Of a stretch of DNA of 64,000 nt, positions 19,982-28,997 are shown piece after piece. Both the position numbers and the translations under genes were made by a program. Source of the stretch: Patescibacteria group bacterium (GTDB lineage Bacteria > Patescibacteriota > Microgenomatia > UBA1400 > PJMF01); contig BOKR01000001.1 in assembly GCA_016861085.1 (NCBI GenBank), forward strand, positions 67,271 through 131,270, given 5' to 3'. Below the pieces are notes generated by a model, which worked only from the letters and a program-made list of their open reading frames with translations, was not told the origin of the DNA and ran no database searches. The first letter of the stretch is position 1. Every line of letters starts with the position of its first letter.

Positions 19982-22171
19982 ATGAATCTAGTTATAGTTG
20001 AATCCCCAACAAAAGCAAAAAAGTTAAAACATTTCTTAGGTAGTGAGTACCAGGTTGAAGCAAGTGTTGGCCATATTCGTGATTTACCAAAAACTGGGCT
20101 AGGGGTTGATGTAGAACATGATTTCGAACCAACATATGAAGTTAGTGAAAATAAGGTAAAAGTTGTCACAAAACTTAAACAAGCAGCCTCTCATGCTGAG
20201 AAAATTTATCTTGCAACTGACCCTGATCGAGAAGGTGAGGCAATTGCCTGGCATATTAAATATCTTTTGGAAGAAGGAAAGGGTAAAAAAAAGACCAACG
20301 CTGAGTTTTTTCGTGCAACATTTCATGAAATTACTAAGAGTGCTGTCTTAAAAGCAATAGAACACCCTTCGAAAATAAACAAAGATCTTGTTGATGCGCA
20401 ACAGGCTCGTAGGGTACTTGATAGGTTGGTTGGATATAAAGTTTCTCCAGTGCTTTGGAAGAAAATTAGGCGTGGGCTATCTGCAGGTAGAGTGCAGTCA
20501 GTGGCGTTACGTCTTGTGGTTGAACGAGAGCGCGAAATAGAAGCTTTCAAAGCAGAAGAATATTGGGAACTAACAACAGCTTTGTCTACAAAACAGGACA
20601 AAAGAAAAGTTTTTTCAAAAGAGGGTAAACTTGATGATGACTTGCCAGAACATATATTTGCAGGATTAGTGAGTCAGGTTAACTCAAAAAAGTTCACACC
20701 AACAAAACAAGCAGATGTTGAACCAGTCTTAGCAGTATTACCAACAGCGGAGTATGTTGTCAATTTAGTAGAAAAGAAGGAGCGAAACCGCTCAAGTTTA
20801 CCTCCTTTTACTACATCAACGCTCCAACAAAAAGCTGCAACGAGTTTTGGGTATTCTGGTAAGCAAACCATGCAGATTGCGCAACAATTGTATGAAGAAG
20901 GTCTCATCACATATCATCGAACTGACTCAGTAACGCTATCTCAGACTGCCATTGAAATGGCAAGAGAGTATATTGGGTCTCAATTCGGTCAACAGTATTT
21001 GCCTGAAAAACCAAGGGTTTTTGCCAAACAAAGCAAAAATGCTCAAGAAGCCCATGAAGCGATTCGTGTCACAGATATTGGTGTTACTCATAAGGACATA
21101 CAAGGGAAAAGTTCGCGTTTTTCTACTCAGCATGCTAAGTTATATGAGCTTATCTGGAAGCGGTTTATTGCAAGTCAAATGGAAACTGCAATTTATGATC
21201 AGACTTCAGTTGATGTTGTGTTTACCCCTAAAGAAGTAAAAAATTCAATTAAGCAGGGAATTATTAAGATAACTGGTTCTGTGCTTAAGTTTGATGGTTG
21301 GATGAGATTATTCCCAAATAGAGAAGATAGCTTGATTCCGGAGTTAACCAAGGGGCAACAAGTACACTTTACTGATTTGTTTGCTGCACAAAAATTTACT
21401 CAACCACCAGCAAGGTATAACGATGCTTCACTGATTAAAGAACTTGAAAAGAGAGGCATTGGCCGTCCAAGTACGTATGCTTCAATTATTTCTGTGATTA
21501 TTGACAGAGGTTATATCGAACGCACTCAAAAGAAATTCTTTGCTACTCCAGTAGGAATGACAGTCACAGACTTTCTCTTAAAATATTTTGAACAAATTAT
21601 GGACTATGAGTTTACAGCTGAGATGGAAGAAGATCTTGATAGGATTTCGCTAGGAAAAAAGAAGTGGAAAGATATTGTTGGCACTTTTTATGGTCCACTT
21701 GAAAAGAAAATTGAGACTGTGACAGATAAAGCAGAACGGACTCAAATTCCTGTAGAGAAAACTGGTGAAAAATGTCCGACCTGTGGTGACACTGAGCATG
21801 GTGAAATAGTAATTCGCACTGGTAGATTTGGCAAGTTTAAAAGTTGTAGTAGATTTCCAGAGTGCAAATATACTGAAAATATTGTTGAAATAGTTGAAGA
21901 TGTTGTATGTCCACTCTGTGGCAAGGGAGAAGTCACAATAAAGAATACTCGTTGGGGTAAACCATTTTTTGGGTGTAGTACCTACCCAACTTGCAATTGG
22001 GCTAGTTGGAAAAAACCTGAAAAAGGTGAAAAAATTACTCAATCTCAGTGGGATGAACTACAAAAGAAACGAGAAGAGAGAAAACAAAAGTGGTTGGAGA
22101 GCAGAAAAGGCAGTGGTGAGGCTCGAAAGGTAGTAACGACTAAGAAAAAAAGAGCTAAAAAATCAAAATGA
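19982..22171 (+). CDS. topA: DNA topoisomerase I
   Basis: IVESPTKAK, ATDPDREGE, SAGRVQS, ITYHRTDS, C-terminal Zn ribbons. Confidence 0.97.
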   Translation: MNLVIVESPTKAKKLKHFLGSEYQVEASVGHIRDLPKTGLGVDVEHDFEPTYEVSENKVKVVTKLKQAASHAEKIYLATDPDREGEAIAWHIKYLLEEGKGKKKTNAEFFRATFHEITKSAVLKAIEHPSKINKDLVDAQQARRVLDRLVGYKVSPVLWKKIRRGLSAGRVQSVALRLVVEREREIEAFKAEEYWELTTALSTKQDKRKVFSKEGKLDDDLPEHIFAGLVSQVNSKKFTPTKQADVEPVLAVLPTAEYVVNLVEKKERNRSSLPPFTTSTLQQKAATSFGYSGKQTMQIAQQLYEEGLITYHRTDSVTLSQTAIEMAREYIGSQFGQQYLPEKPRVFAKQSKNAQEAHEAIRVTDIGVTHKDIQGKSSRFSTQHAKLYELIWKRFIASQMETAIYDQTSVDVVFTPKEVKNSIKQGIIKITGSVLKFDGWMRLFPNREDSLIPELTKGQQVHFTDLFAAQKFTQPPARYNDASLIKELEKRGIGRPSTYASIISVIIDRGYIERTQKKFFATPVGMTVTDFLLKYFEQIMDYEFTAEMEEDLDRISLGKKKWKDIVGTFYGPLEKKIETVTDKAERTQIPVEKTGEKCPTCGDTEHGEIVIRTGRFGKFKSCSRFPECKYTENIVEIVEDVVCPLCGKGEVTIKNTRWGKPFFGCSTYPTCNWASWKKPEKGEKITQSQWDELQKKREERKQKWLESRKGSGEARKVVTTKKKRAKKSK

Positions 22172-22749
22172 AAATAGCACTATTTGGTGGCGCCTTTGAT
22201 CCACCTCATATTGGACACAAAGTTGTTGCTGATTCGTTGATTCAAAACAAAATAGTTGATGAGGTATGGTTTGTTCCTGTTTTTAAGCACCCGTGGGCTG
22301 ACCGGTATGGGAAGCAACAACTCACAGATTATGATGCAAGAGTTAAAATGCTTAATTTAACTGCTGAGTCAATAAAAAACTCAAAAAAAATTAAAGTTGA
22401 GCATTTCAAAGAGGTGAGTTTCACCTATGATACCCTCAAATATTTTTCAGAAAGATTACCCCAGCATGAATTTTGCTGGGTGATGGGGTCAGAATATTTA
22501 GATCGTTTTGACGATTTTCTAAAAGGTCATCCAAGATTAATAGACTTTACTTTTTATATTTACCCCAGAGCTGGTTATCAGCTGAATGAATCTTTGAGAA
22601 AGCCAAATATGATTTTTCTTACAGACATGCCTGAAGTTACAGCATCATCTACAGAAATTAGAAAACTGATAAAAGAGAAACAGCCGGTAAAAAAATTGTT
22701 GCTGAGTTCTGTTTTGAAGTTCATTCAAGAGAACAACTTGTATTTCTAG
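22168..22749 (+). CDS. nadD: Nicotinate-nucleotide adenylyltransferase-like (HIGH) protein
   Basis: FGGAFDPPHIGH, SFTYDTL, VMGSE, ASSTEIR. Confidence 0.8.
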   Translation: MKIALFGGAFDPPHIGHKVVADSLIQNKIVDEVWFVPVFKHPWADRYGKQQLTDYDARVKMLNLTAESIKNSKKIKVEHFKEVSFTYDTLKYFSERLPQHEFCWVMGSEYLDRFDDFLKGHPRLIDFTFYIYPRAGYQLNESLRKPNMIFLTDMPEVTASSTEIRKLIKEKQPVKKLLLSSVLKFIQENNLYF

Positions 22750-22795
22750 TGAATTATTCATCGTTTTGTGGTAGCGTTGTTTACGAAAGGTTTTT

Positions 22796-23710
22796 ATGAA
22801 GAAAGAAACTTTACCTAACGTGGTTACATATAATCAAAAACGAGTACCAGATGAGCAATATAAAAATCTGCTTAAGTTTATTCTTGAAAATGGTACAGTA
22901 GCAGAATCTCAACAAGAGATAGATGCGCTCACTTACATGGCGCCGCCCTCACTACGCTTTAAATTGGCAAATGGTTTTCCAATTATTACAGAAAGAAAAA
23001 TTAGCAAAAAAGTGTGGGGACAGGCGATAGGAGAGATAATTGGATTTATTAATGGGGCTAGAACTCAAGAAGAGTTACAGACATATGGGTGTGATTGGTG
23101 GCATTCATGGGTAACGGAAGCTAAATGCAAAAAACGCGGTTTAGAAGAGGGTGATATGGGTCCTGGTAGTTATGGTGCGGCTTTTCATGATTTCCCAACT
23201 GCAGAAGGACCAACGTACAATCAATTTCAAAACATTATTGAGCAAATCAAAGAAAAGCCGCACTTAAGAACCCACTTTATTTCTCCGTGGATTCCTCAAT
23301 ATACAATTCGCGGAAAAGGGAAGCAACAAAAAGTAGTTGTCTGTCCTTGTCATGGTTGGATTCATATTAGAATAATTGACAATAAATTAACACTACACAT
23401 GTTCCAAAGAAGTAGTGATACCCCGATTGGCTTACCAGCTAATTTAGCGCAATATGCTGCACTTACGATGATGATTGCTCAGGTTACAGGATATGAAGCG
23501 TATGAGTATATTCATAGTTTTTCTGATGCGCATATTTATGTTGATCAGATCAATCACGTCAAAGAATTAGTTCAGCGCGAGACAAAACCATTTCCAATTA
23601 TGAAAATGAATCCAAAAGTCAAAGATTTATTTCAGTTTAGGGTTGAAGATTTTGAATTGGAAGAGTATGAATCTCATCCTGGCATGTGGGATATTCCAGT
23701 TGCAATTTAG
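22796..23710 (+). CDS. thyA: Thymidylate synthase (divergent)
   Basis: GFPIIT, PCH, QRSSD..GLP.N, DAHIY, C-terminal PVAI. Confidence 0.9.
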   Translation: MKKETLPNVVTYNQKRVPDEQYKNLLKFILENGTVAESQQEIDALTYMAPPSLRFKLANGFPIITERKISKKVWGQAIGEIIGFINGARTQEELQTYGCDWWHSWVTEAKCKKRGLEEGDMGPGSYGAAFHDFPTAEGPTYNQFQNIIEQIKEKPHLRTHFISPWIPQYTIRGKGKQQKVVVCPCHGWIHIRIIDNKLTLHMFQRSSDTPIGLPANLAQYAALTMMIAQVTGYEAYEYIHSFSDAHIYVDQINHVKELVQRETKPFPIMKMNPKVKDLFQFRVEDFELEEYESHPGMWDIPVAI

Positions 23711-23769
23711 GAGATTATAGGGGTTGTATATTGTAAGTGCAACTCAATACAGCAATTATTTACGAATAT

Positions 23770-24228
23770 ATGAATAAAAAAAATACTCAACAATTTGTAG
23801 ATTTAGATAATGCGCGTGAAGACGAACAAAAGCAAGTCATGCAAGAAATAATTACTGCTGATCATTGCCCATTTTGTCTAGAAAACTTAAGAAAATACCA
23901 TAAGCAACCTATTTTAAAAGAGGGCAAATATTGGATACTCACAAAAAACCAATGGCCATACAAATATACAAAGATTCATTTGTTAGCGATTTACAAAGAA
24001 CATGCCACAAAGTTGTCAGAACTAGACCCTCAATCAGGTGTCGAATTACTGCAATTTATGCAGTGGGCCGAGAGAGAACATAAAATCCCGGGTGGCGGTT
24101 GGGCAATGCGGTTTGGTGATACAAATTATTCTGCCGGTACTGTGAATCATTTACACGTTCAGTTTATTCAACCAGATATAGAACATCCTGAATTTGAGCC
24201 AGTCAGGATTAAGCTTGGTAAAGGATGA
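23770..24228 (+). CDS. HIT-superfamily protein (HxHxQ type)
   Basis: CPFC, NQWPY, AGTVNHLHVQF. Confidence 0.8.
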   Translation: MNKKNTQQFVDLDNAREDEQKQVMQEIITADHCPFCLENLRKYHKQPILKEGKYWILTKNQWPYKYTKIHLLAIYKEHATKLSELDPQSGVELLQFMQWAEREHKIPGGGWAMRFGDTNYSAGTVNHLHVQFIQPDIEHPEFEPVRIKLGKG

Positions 24229-24314
24229 TCTCTTTATTCTCTACTCAATAGTTATATCTATATCAATTGTGGGTGTATAATGACTCAATTTATCAATTTG
24301 TAGAAAGGCATTCT

Positions 24315-24695
24315 ATGCAAAAAGGTCCAATTTGTCATGAGGAGGAAGCCCATTTAAATCGACAAGTGTCGATTCCTCGTCCAACGGATTTTTCAGAGCA
24401 AATTCATAAGCAAGAAGTTACTCAAGCAAGGAATCTCTTGAATGCTTTAGAATCAAGCGAACCGTTTGCAAATATTCGTGCCGTGATTGATAGAATTACT
24501 GCTATAAAAAGAAATACAATGTTTAAAAACACGACTGTTTCACATATTTCAGAGTCAACTCTAACGACCAAAAATATTGGAGAAACGCTTGGATACAGAA
24601 ACCTTAATGTCAGGGTGCATGGATATTTCATTTGGTTCACCAGACAAGATGGAGCATGGCACATCAATTTCTGTGCAACACCTAATGGTAATTAG
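24315..24695 (+). CDS. Hypothetical protein
   Basis: ATG at 24315 after AGAAAGG; no motif recognised. Confidence 0.5.
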   Translation: MQKGPICHEEEAHLNRQVSIPRPTDFSEQIHKQEVTQARNLLNALESSEPFANIRAVIDRITAIKRNTMFKNTTVSHISESTLTTKNIGETLGYRNLNVRVHGYFIWFTRQDGAWHINFCATPNGN

Positions 24696-25552
24696 TCATT
24701 AATCAAAACGACTTTGACATTGGAGTTTGTAAGTATTCTCTCGCCATCAAGTATTGAGTATCCGTCACTGTAGTATAGTTTTGCGATACCACTAGCAGCA
24801 ATCTGTTTTGCGCACACAGGACAAGGAAATGTTGAAACATACATGCTTGTTCCTTGTAGTGGGACTCCTTTTTTTGCGCAATCAGCGATTATGGCAGCTT
24901 CGGCATGGACAGCAGTTGAAAGATCAATATGTTCACCTTTGTGGAAGGAATTCCGTGGATCTGAGTCAATATATGGAGTGTACGGGCTTGGTAAATGGTG
25001 GTTGTGAGCAATAGCGATGATTTTATGTGGCTTTTCAGAAAAAACGAGAGCGCCAACTTGGCGCCACCAGTCTGAGCTCAACTGAGCTGTTTTTTTTGTT
25101 TTTGCAACCAAACTTTGGATCAATTCTCCAAAATTTTTTTCAGTTTTAGTTTGTTTGTTTTGTACAGACTGCTTTTCTAGTGTATTTTCTCGATTCCACC
25201 TCAGGAAGGTATCATCAAAAACGATTTTACTCTTTGTGAGGTATTTTCTGGCAATCCAAATAAAAATATCTTCTTTTGGCAAGATAATTTCTTGCCCAGG
25301 TTCATCTAAAAACGGTAAGTCGTTAGCACTTAGCAAACTAATTTTTCTTTCAGGCAAGAGCGCTTCTAGGCTGACTTCAGCTTGGGTTGGGCTAATAGCC
25401 CGTATTTCTTTTCGCAAGTAATCGAATTCTTGATCAATCAGTTCAATTAAGCTCTCGTTTGTGATAAAAATATCCGCATTTTTGTGTGATTCGAGAAAAT
25501 GTAAATATCCAGCGTGAATGACAGGAAGGTAGACAATAATTTTAGGTTTCAT
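24692..25552 (-). CDS. dCMP deaminase with N-terminal extra domain
   Basis: RQVGA, VHAEAAII, FPCPVCAKQI; ~140 aa N-terminal extension; ATG at 25552 overlaps the upstream gene. Confidence 0.85.
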   Translation of the reverse strand: MKPKIIVYLPVIHAGYLHFLESHKNADIFITNESLIELIDQEFDYLRKEIRAISPTQAEVSLEALLPERKISLLSANDLPFLDEPGQEIILPKEDIFIWIARKYLTKSKIVFDDTFLRWNRENTLEKQSVQNKQTKTEKNFGELIQSLVAKTKKTAQLSSDWWRQVGALVFSEKPHKIIAIAHNHHLPSPYTPYIDSDPRNSFHKGEHIDLSTAVHAEAAIIADCAKKGVPLQGTSMYVSTFPCPVCAKQIAASGIAKLYYSDGYSILDGERILTNSNVKVVLIND

Positions 25553-26105
25553 CTTTGAGTTCCTCCAAAATTTGTTCGATAGTTTGTATGAGTCGATTAG
25601 AGATCGTTTTTGTAACTCGTTTTTCGGCTCCAATCTGTACTAAACGAATTTTTGCACTCGTAGAAGTTGTCGCTTTTCTTCTTAAAACCACTACTTTTCC
25701 GCAAAATTCTAGTAACTGTTTTTTTTCTGCTGGTGTATATGTATCTGCGGTAGCAATTAAAACATCTGGCCGAATGAGTTTGATTAGCTCCCATTTTGGC
25801 TCAGACAGTTTTTTGAGAACAACATGATCTACGTCGGCAATATAAGTAAGCATTTCCATGCGTTCATCTTCTGGTACAACTGGGCGGTCTGGGCCTTTTC
25901 TAGTGCGGATTTTTTCATCACTATCAATGCCAACAAATAAAATATCACCATATTTTTTTGCTTCACAGAGATACCGGCAGTGACCAATGTGCAACATATC
26001 AAAAGAACCAGAAGTCAAAACAATTTTTTTCTTCTGTTTACGATACTTTTTGCTGAGTTTGGGAACTTCAGTGTAACTTGCAACTATTTTTTTGCCATTT
26101 TTCAT
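25542..26105 (-). CDS. Cytidylyltransferase/adenylyltransferase (RfaE-II/TagD-like)
   Basis: TSGSFDMLHIGH, KGPDRPV, STS motif. Confidence 0.88.
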   Translation of the reverse strand: MKNGKKIVASYTEVPKLSKKYRKQKKKIVLTSGSFDMLHIGHCRYLCEAKKYGDILFVGIDSDEKIRTRKGPDRPVVPEDERMEMLTYIADVDHVVLKKLSEPKWELIKLIRPDVLIATADTYTPAEKKQLLEFCGKVVVLRRKATTSTSAKIRLVQIGAEKRVTKTISNRLIQTIEQILEELKDET

Positions 26106-26186
26106 TTCTCACCAATCCTACTACATGATATGAGAATCTGACTAGGAGCTGTTACTACTAGAGTTCCTGTGTTAGGATAATTTGAT

Positions 26187-26711
26187 ATGCAAGTCATTTT
26201 GGTCGCTTCAGTAACAGCAGATGGTTTTATTGCTCAAAGCAAAGAGCAGTCTTCATTAGCTTGGACTAGTAGAGAAGACACTAGATTTTTTGTGCAGAAA
26301 ACAAAAGAGATTGGGACGGTAATAATGGGGGCAGCTACTTTTGAAACAATCCAGCCAAAGCATTTACCATTTTCCGGAAGAACAATAATTGTCCTGAGTC
26401 GTTCTAAAGTGTATGACCAATATGATCCAAAAGATGTTCGTGCAGAGAGTGGTACGATTCCAGAAGTTTTGGAAAAACTAGAGCGTCAAGGAGTTCAACA
26501 GGCTGTTCTAGCAGGTGGGGCAAGTGTATACACCCAATGTATGCAGGCGGGACTTGTAGATGAATTATTTTTAACGGTTGAACCAATTGTTTTTGGATCT
26601 GGAGTGAAATTATTTTCAGATGCAGTGCTCACAAAACTGCAACTTTTAGAAGTTTTAGACTTATCAGATCAAACAAAAGTGTTTCACTATAAGGTGGTCA
26701 AAGATGAGTAA
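26187..26711 (+). CDS. Dihydrofolate reductase-like (DHFR/RibD-C) protein
   Basis: ADGFIA, W..ED..FF, VIMG..TFE, GR..IVLS, AGGASVY. Confidence 0.85.
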   Translation: MQVILVASVTADGFIAQSKEQSSLAWTSREDTRFFVQKTKEIGTVIMGAATFETIQPKHLPFSGRTIIVLSRSKVYDQYDPKDVRAESGTIPEVLEKLERQGVQQAVLAGGASVYTQCMQAGLVDELFLTVEPIVFGSGVKLFSDAVLTKLQLLEVLDLSDQTKVFHYKVVKDE

Positions 26712-27162
26712 GCCAATTAAAGTTGTTTACAAGCAGTTTGACACAACATTGCCCAAACCAGAATATAAAACCCCTGGGGCAGCGGCGCTTGATATGTATG
26801 CCAGAACAGAAGTAGTTATTCCTGCTCGTGGAATAGGATACGTGCCGTTAAATGTGGCATTACAACTGCCAGAGAACCATTGGGCGTTATTATCTGCTCG
26901 TAGTAGTTTGCACAAGCGGGGTTTGATGTTAGCAAATGGTATTGGTGTAGGTGATTATGATTATAGGGGCCCCAATGATGAATATTTGGCAGCACTGTAT
27001 AACTTTACAGATACGGCAGTGACTGTTGAAAGGGGTGAGCGGATCGTGCAGTTAATTGTAATGCACCGCGAACCAGTTCAGTTGCAGGTGGTTGAGGACT
27101 TTGATACAAAAGATCCAACAACCAAAGACCGTGGTGGATTTGGTTCAACTGGTCGTAAATAA
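26704..27162 (+). CDS. dut: Trimeric dUTPase
   Basis: Five dUTPase motifs: AALDM, RSS, GVGDYDYRG, GERIVQ, RGGFGSTG. Confidence 0.95.
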   Translation: MSKPIKVVYKQFDTTLPKPEYKTPGAAALDMYARTEVVIPARGIGYVPLNVALQLPENHWALLSARSSLHKRGLMLANGIGVGDYDYRGPNDEYLAALYNFTDTAVTVERGERIVQLIVMHREPVQLQVVEDFDTKDPTTKDRGGFGSTGRK

Positions 27163-27294
27163 TTTATTTTGAGTTTGTAATTTGTCACAGCAATGACCAA
27201 TTCATAGCAATTTTATTCCGTATTTTTTTTGTTCAAAGACGTAAATTTTGCCCTCAAATGGGTTTAGAGCTCAATACTTCAATACGTTCTCAAA

Positions 27295-27342
27295 ACACAT
27301 GATATAGATATATCTAGTTGTTAAACTACAATATATTGTGGT
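27295..27342. promoter_or_regulatory. Tandem NrdR-box-like operators
   Basis: CAATATATTG (27329-27338) matches core CwAtATaTwG; weaker copies start at 27298 and 27308, 31 and 21 bp upstream. Confidence 0.65.
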
Positions 27343-27385
27343 TTATTGGTTTTTATTCTCTATTGAAAATTTAGAAAAATAACGC

Positions 27386-28324
27386 ATGAAATTAGCAACA
27401 GTATCAGAAGCAGAAAATCCGTATTCGTGGAAGATGGAAATTGCGAAAGCACTTGAAACATCCTCAGAAGTTTCAGACAGAATTAAAAGTACCAGAAAGT
27501 CATTGATTCAGCTTCGTAAGTTTATCGAAGACGTACTCAGATGGCAAAAGGAACGCCCACCACTTTTTGAGACAGATACAAACCTAGATATTTTAACTGT
27601 TTTGTTATTAGGAGAGATTGAAGAAGTTTCAGAACTCCGTGAGCTTGAAGGCTTAAAAGGGTATGATTTCAAATCAGAAAAAGGGGAAACAATTGATGCC
27701 GGTTTTTTCTTGGCATGCGTTGACCATATGGTACGATCACTTGGAGGTGACATTGACCACCAAAGGGCGCTGGCAACAGCTAATGGTCATGCAAAAGGTT
27801 CACGCGCGATTGAACTGCTGCGTGAGGTGAGTGGTAATCTTAGTAAAAAAACACTTGAAAAAGACTTGCAGTACCTCTGGACATTGTGGATATCATACTT
27901 AATCCATATGAAGTATCCGGTGAGTCCAAATCGGGTTCTGCACGAATATACTCTTCCTAAGAATAATGGGAATTATGTAAAAGAATTATTGCAGGGTAAC
28001 CCAATTTTTGAGCGTGCTTTTAATAGAAAAATGGACCGAGATGAAAAAATCGCATACTTTGCTCATTATAGAAAAGCAATGCGGTTAATTAGGGATTTCA
28101 TCCTGAAATATGTTGATCCAAATGTTGAACACACTGGATTAAAGCCTGAGCATTATAGACCCTACAAAATCTTTATTTATAGCTTTATGAACTTTAGCTC
28201 TGTGGGCTTAAATCCTCAGAAGGCGCTAGAAATGTTAGAATCACAGTTATATGTTGATTTTAAGGTTGCCAGAACCCCACAAACCCCTGCAATCTTGCGA
28301 CCAAATCACAGACTGCCAAATTAG
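27386..28324 (+). CDS. Hypothetical protein with MazG-like all-alpha NTP pyrophosphatase motif
   Basis: LLLGEIEEVSE...EKGETIDAGFF (ExxE...ExxD). Confidence 0.55.
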   Translation: MKLATVSEAENPYSWKMEIAKALETSSEVSDRIKSTRKSLIQLRKFIEDVLRWQKERPPLFETDTNLDILTVLLLGEIEEVSELRELEGLKGYDFKSEKGETIDAGFFLACVDHMVRSLGGDIDHQRALATANGHAKGSRAIELLREVSGNLSKKTLEKDLQYLWTLWISYLIHMKYPVSPNRVLHEYTLPKNNGNYVKELLQGNPIFERAFNRKMDRDEKIAYFAHYRKAMRLIRDFILKYVDPNVEHTGLKPEHYRPYKIFIYSFMNFSSVGLNPQKALEMLESQLYVDFKVARTPQTPAILRPNHRLPN

Positions 28325-28361
28325 GATACAAAAGTGTTATAAATAAGAGAAGGAAAAAAAT

Positions 28362-28997
28362 ATGGGAACAGATAATGGATATTTAATTACACTCGAGGGC
28401 GGAGAAGGTGGAGGTAAAACCACACAAATCGTTCGGCTTCGTGACAGTTTAACCAAGGCAGGTAAGGACGTAGTAGTGCTTCGTGAACCAGGTGGGACAG
28501 TCATTTCAGAGCAAATTCGTGAAGTGGTACTCTCTGCCAAAAATGTAGGGATTGCTTTCACAACTGAGGTTTTATTATTTCAAGCTGCACGTGCGCAAAT
28601 TTATCGCGAGATCGTCTTGCCATCTATGGAAGCGGGCAAGGTTGTGATTATTGATCGTTCCCGTGATAGTTCCGTTGTGTACCAAGGAATGGTGAGAGGT
28701 TTCGGGAAAGATTTGATTGAGCAGCTGAACGATATCTCAACCAAAAATACGTATCCGAACTTAACACTTTTGCTTGATGTTGAGGTTGAAACTGGTTTGA
28801 AGAGAAGAGAGTCCGCTGGTGCTATGAATCGCCTTGACATGGAAGCAACTGATTTTCATAACAAAGTAAGAACAGCTTATTTAGAGTTAGCAAAAGCAGA
28901 CAACTCTGGTCGTTGGCAAATTATTGACGCCGCTAAATCAATCGATGAAGTAGAGCAAGATATCTGGAAGATTGTGTCAGGCAAGACGGGGATTTAG
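28362..28997 (+). CDS. tmk: Thymidylate kinase
   Basis: LEGGEGGGKTT, REPGG, DR..DSS.VYQG. Confidence 0.96.
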   Translation: MGTDNGYLITLEGGEGGGKTTQIVRLRDSLTKAGKDVVVLREPGGTVISEQIREVVLSAKNVGIAFTTEVLLFQAARAQIYREIVLPSMEAGKVVIIDRSRDSSVVYQGMVRGFGKDLIEQLNDISTKNTYPNLTLLLDVEVETGLKRRESAGAMNRLDMEATDFHNKVRTAYLELAKADNSGRWQIIDAAKSIDEVEQDIWKIVSGKTGI

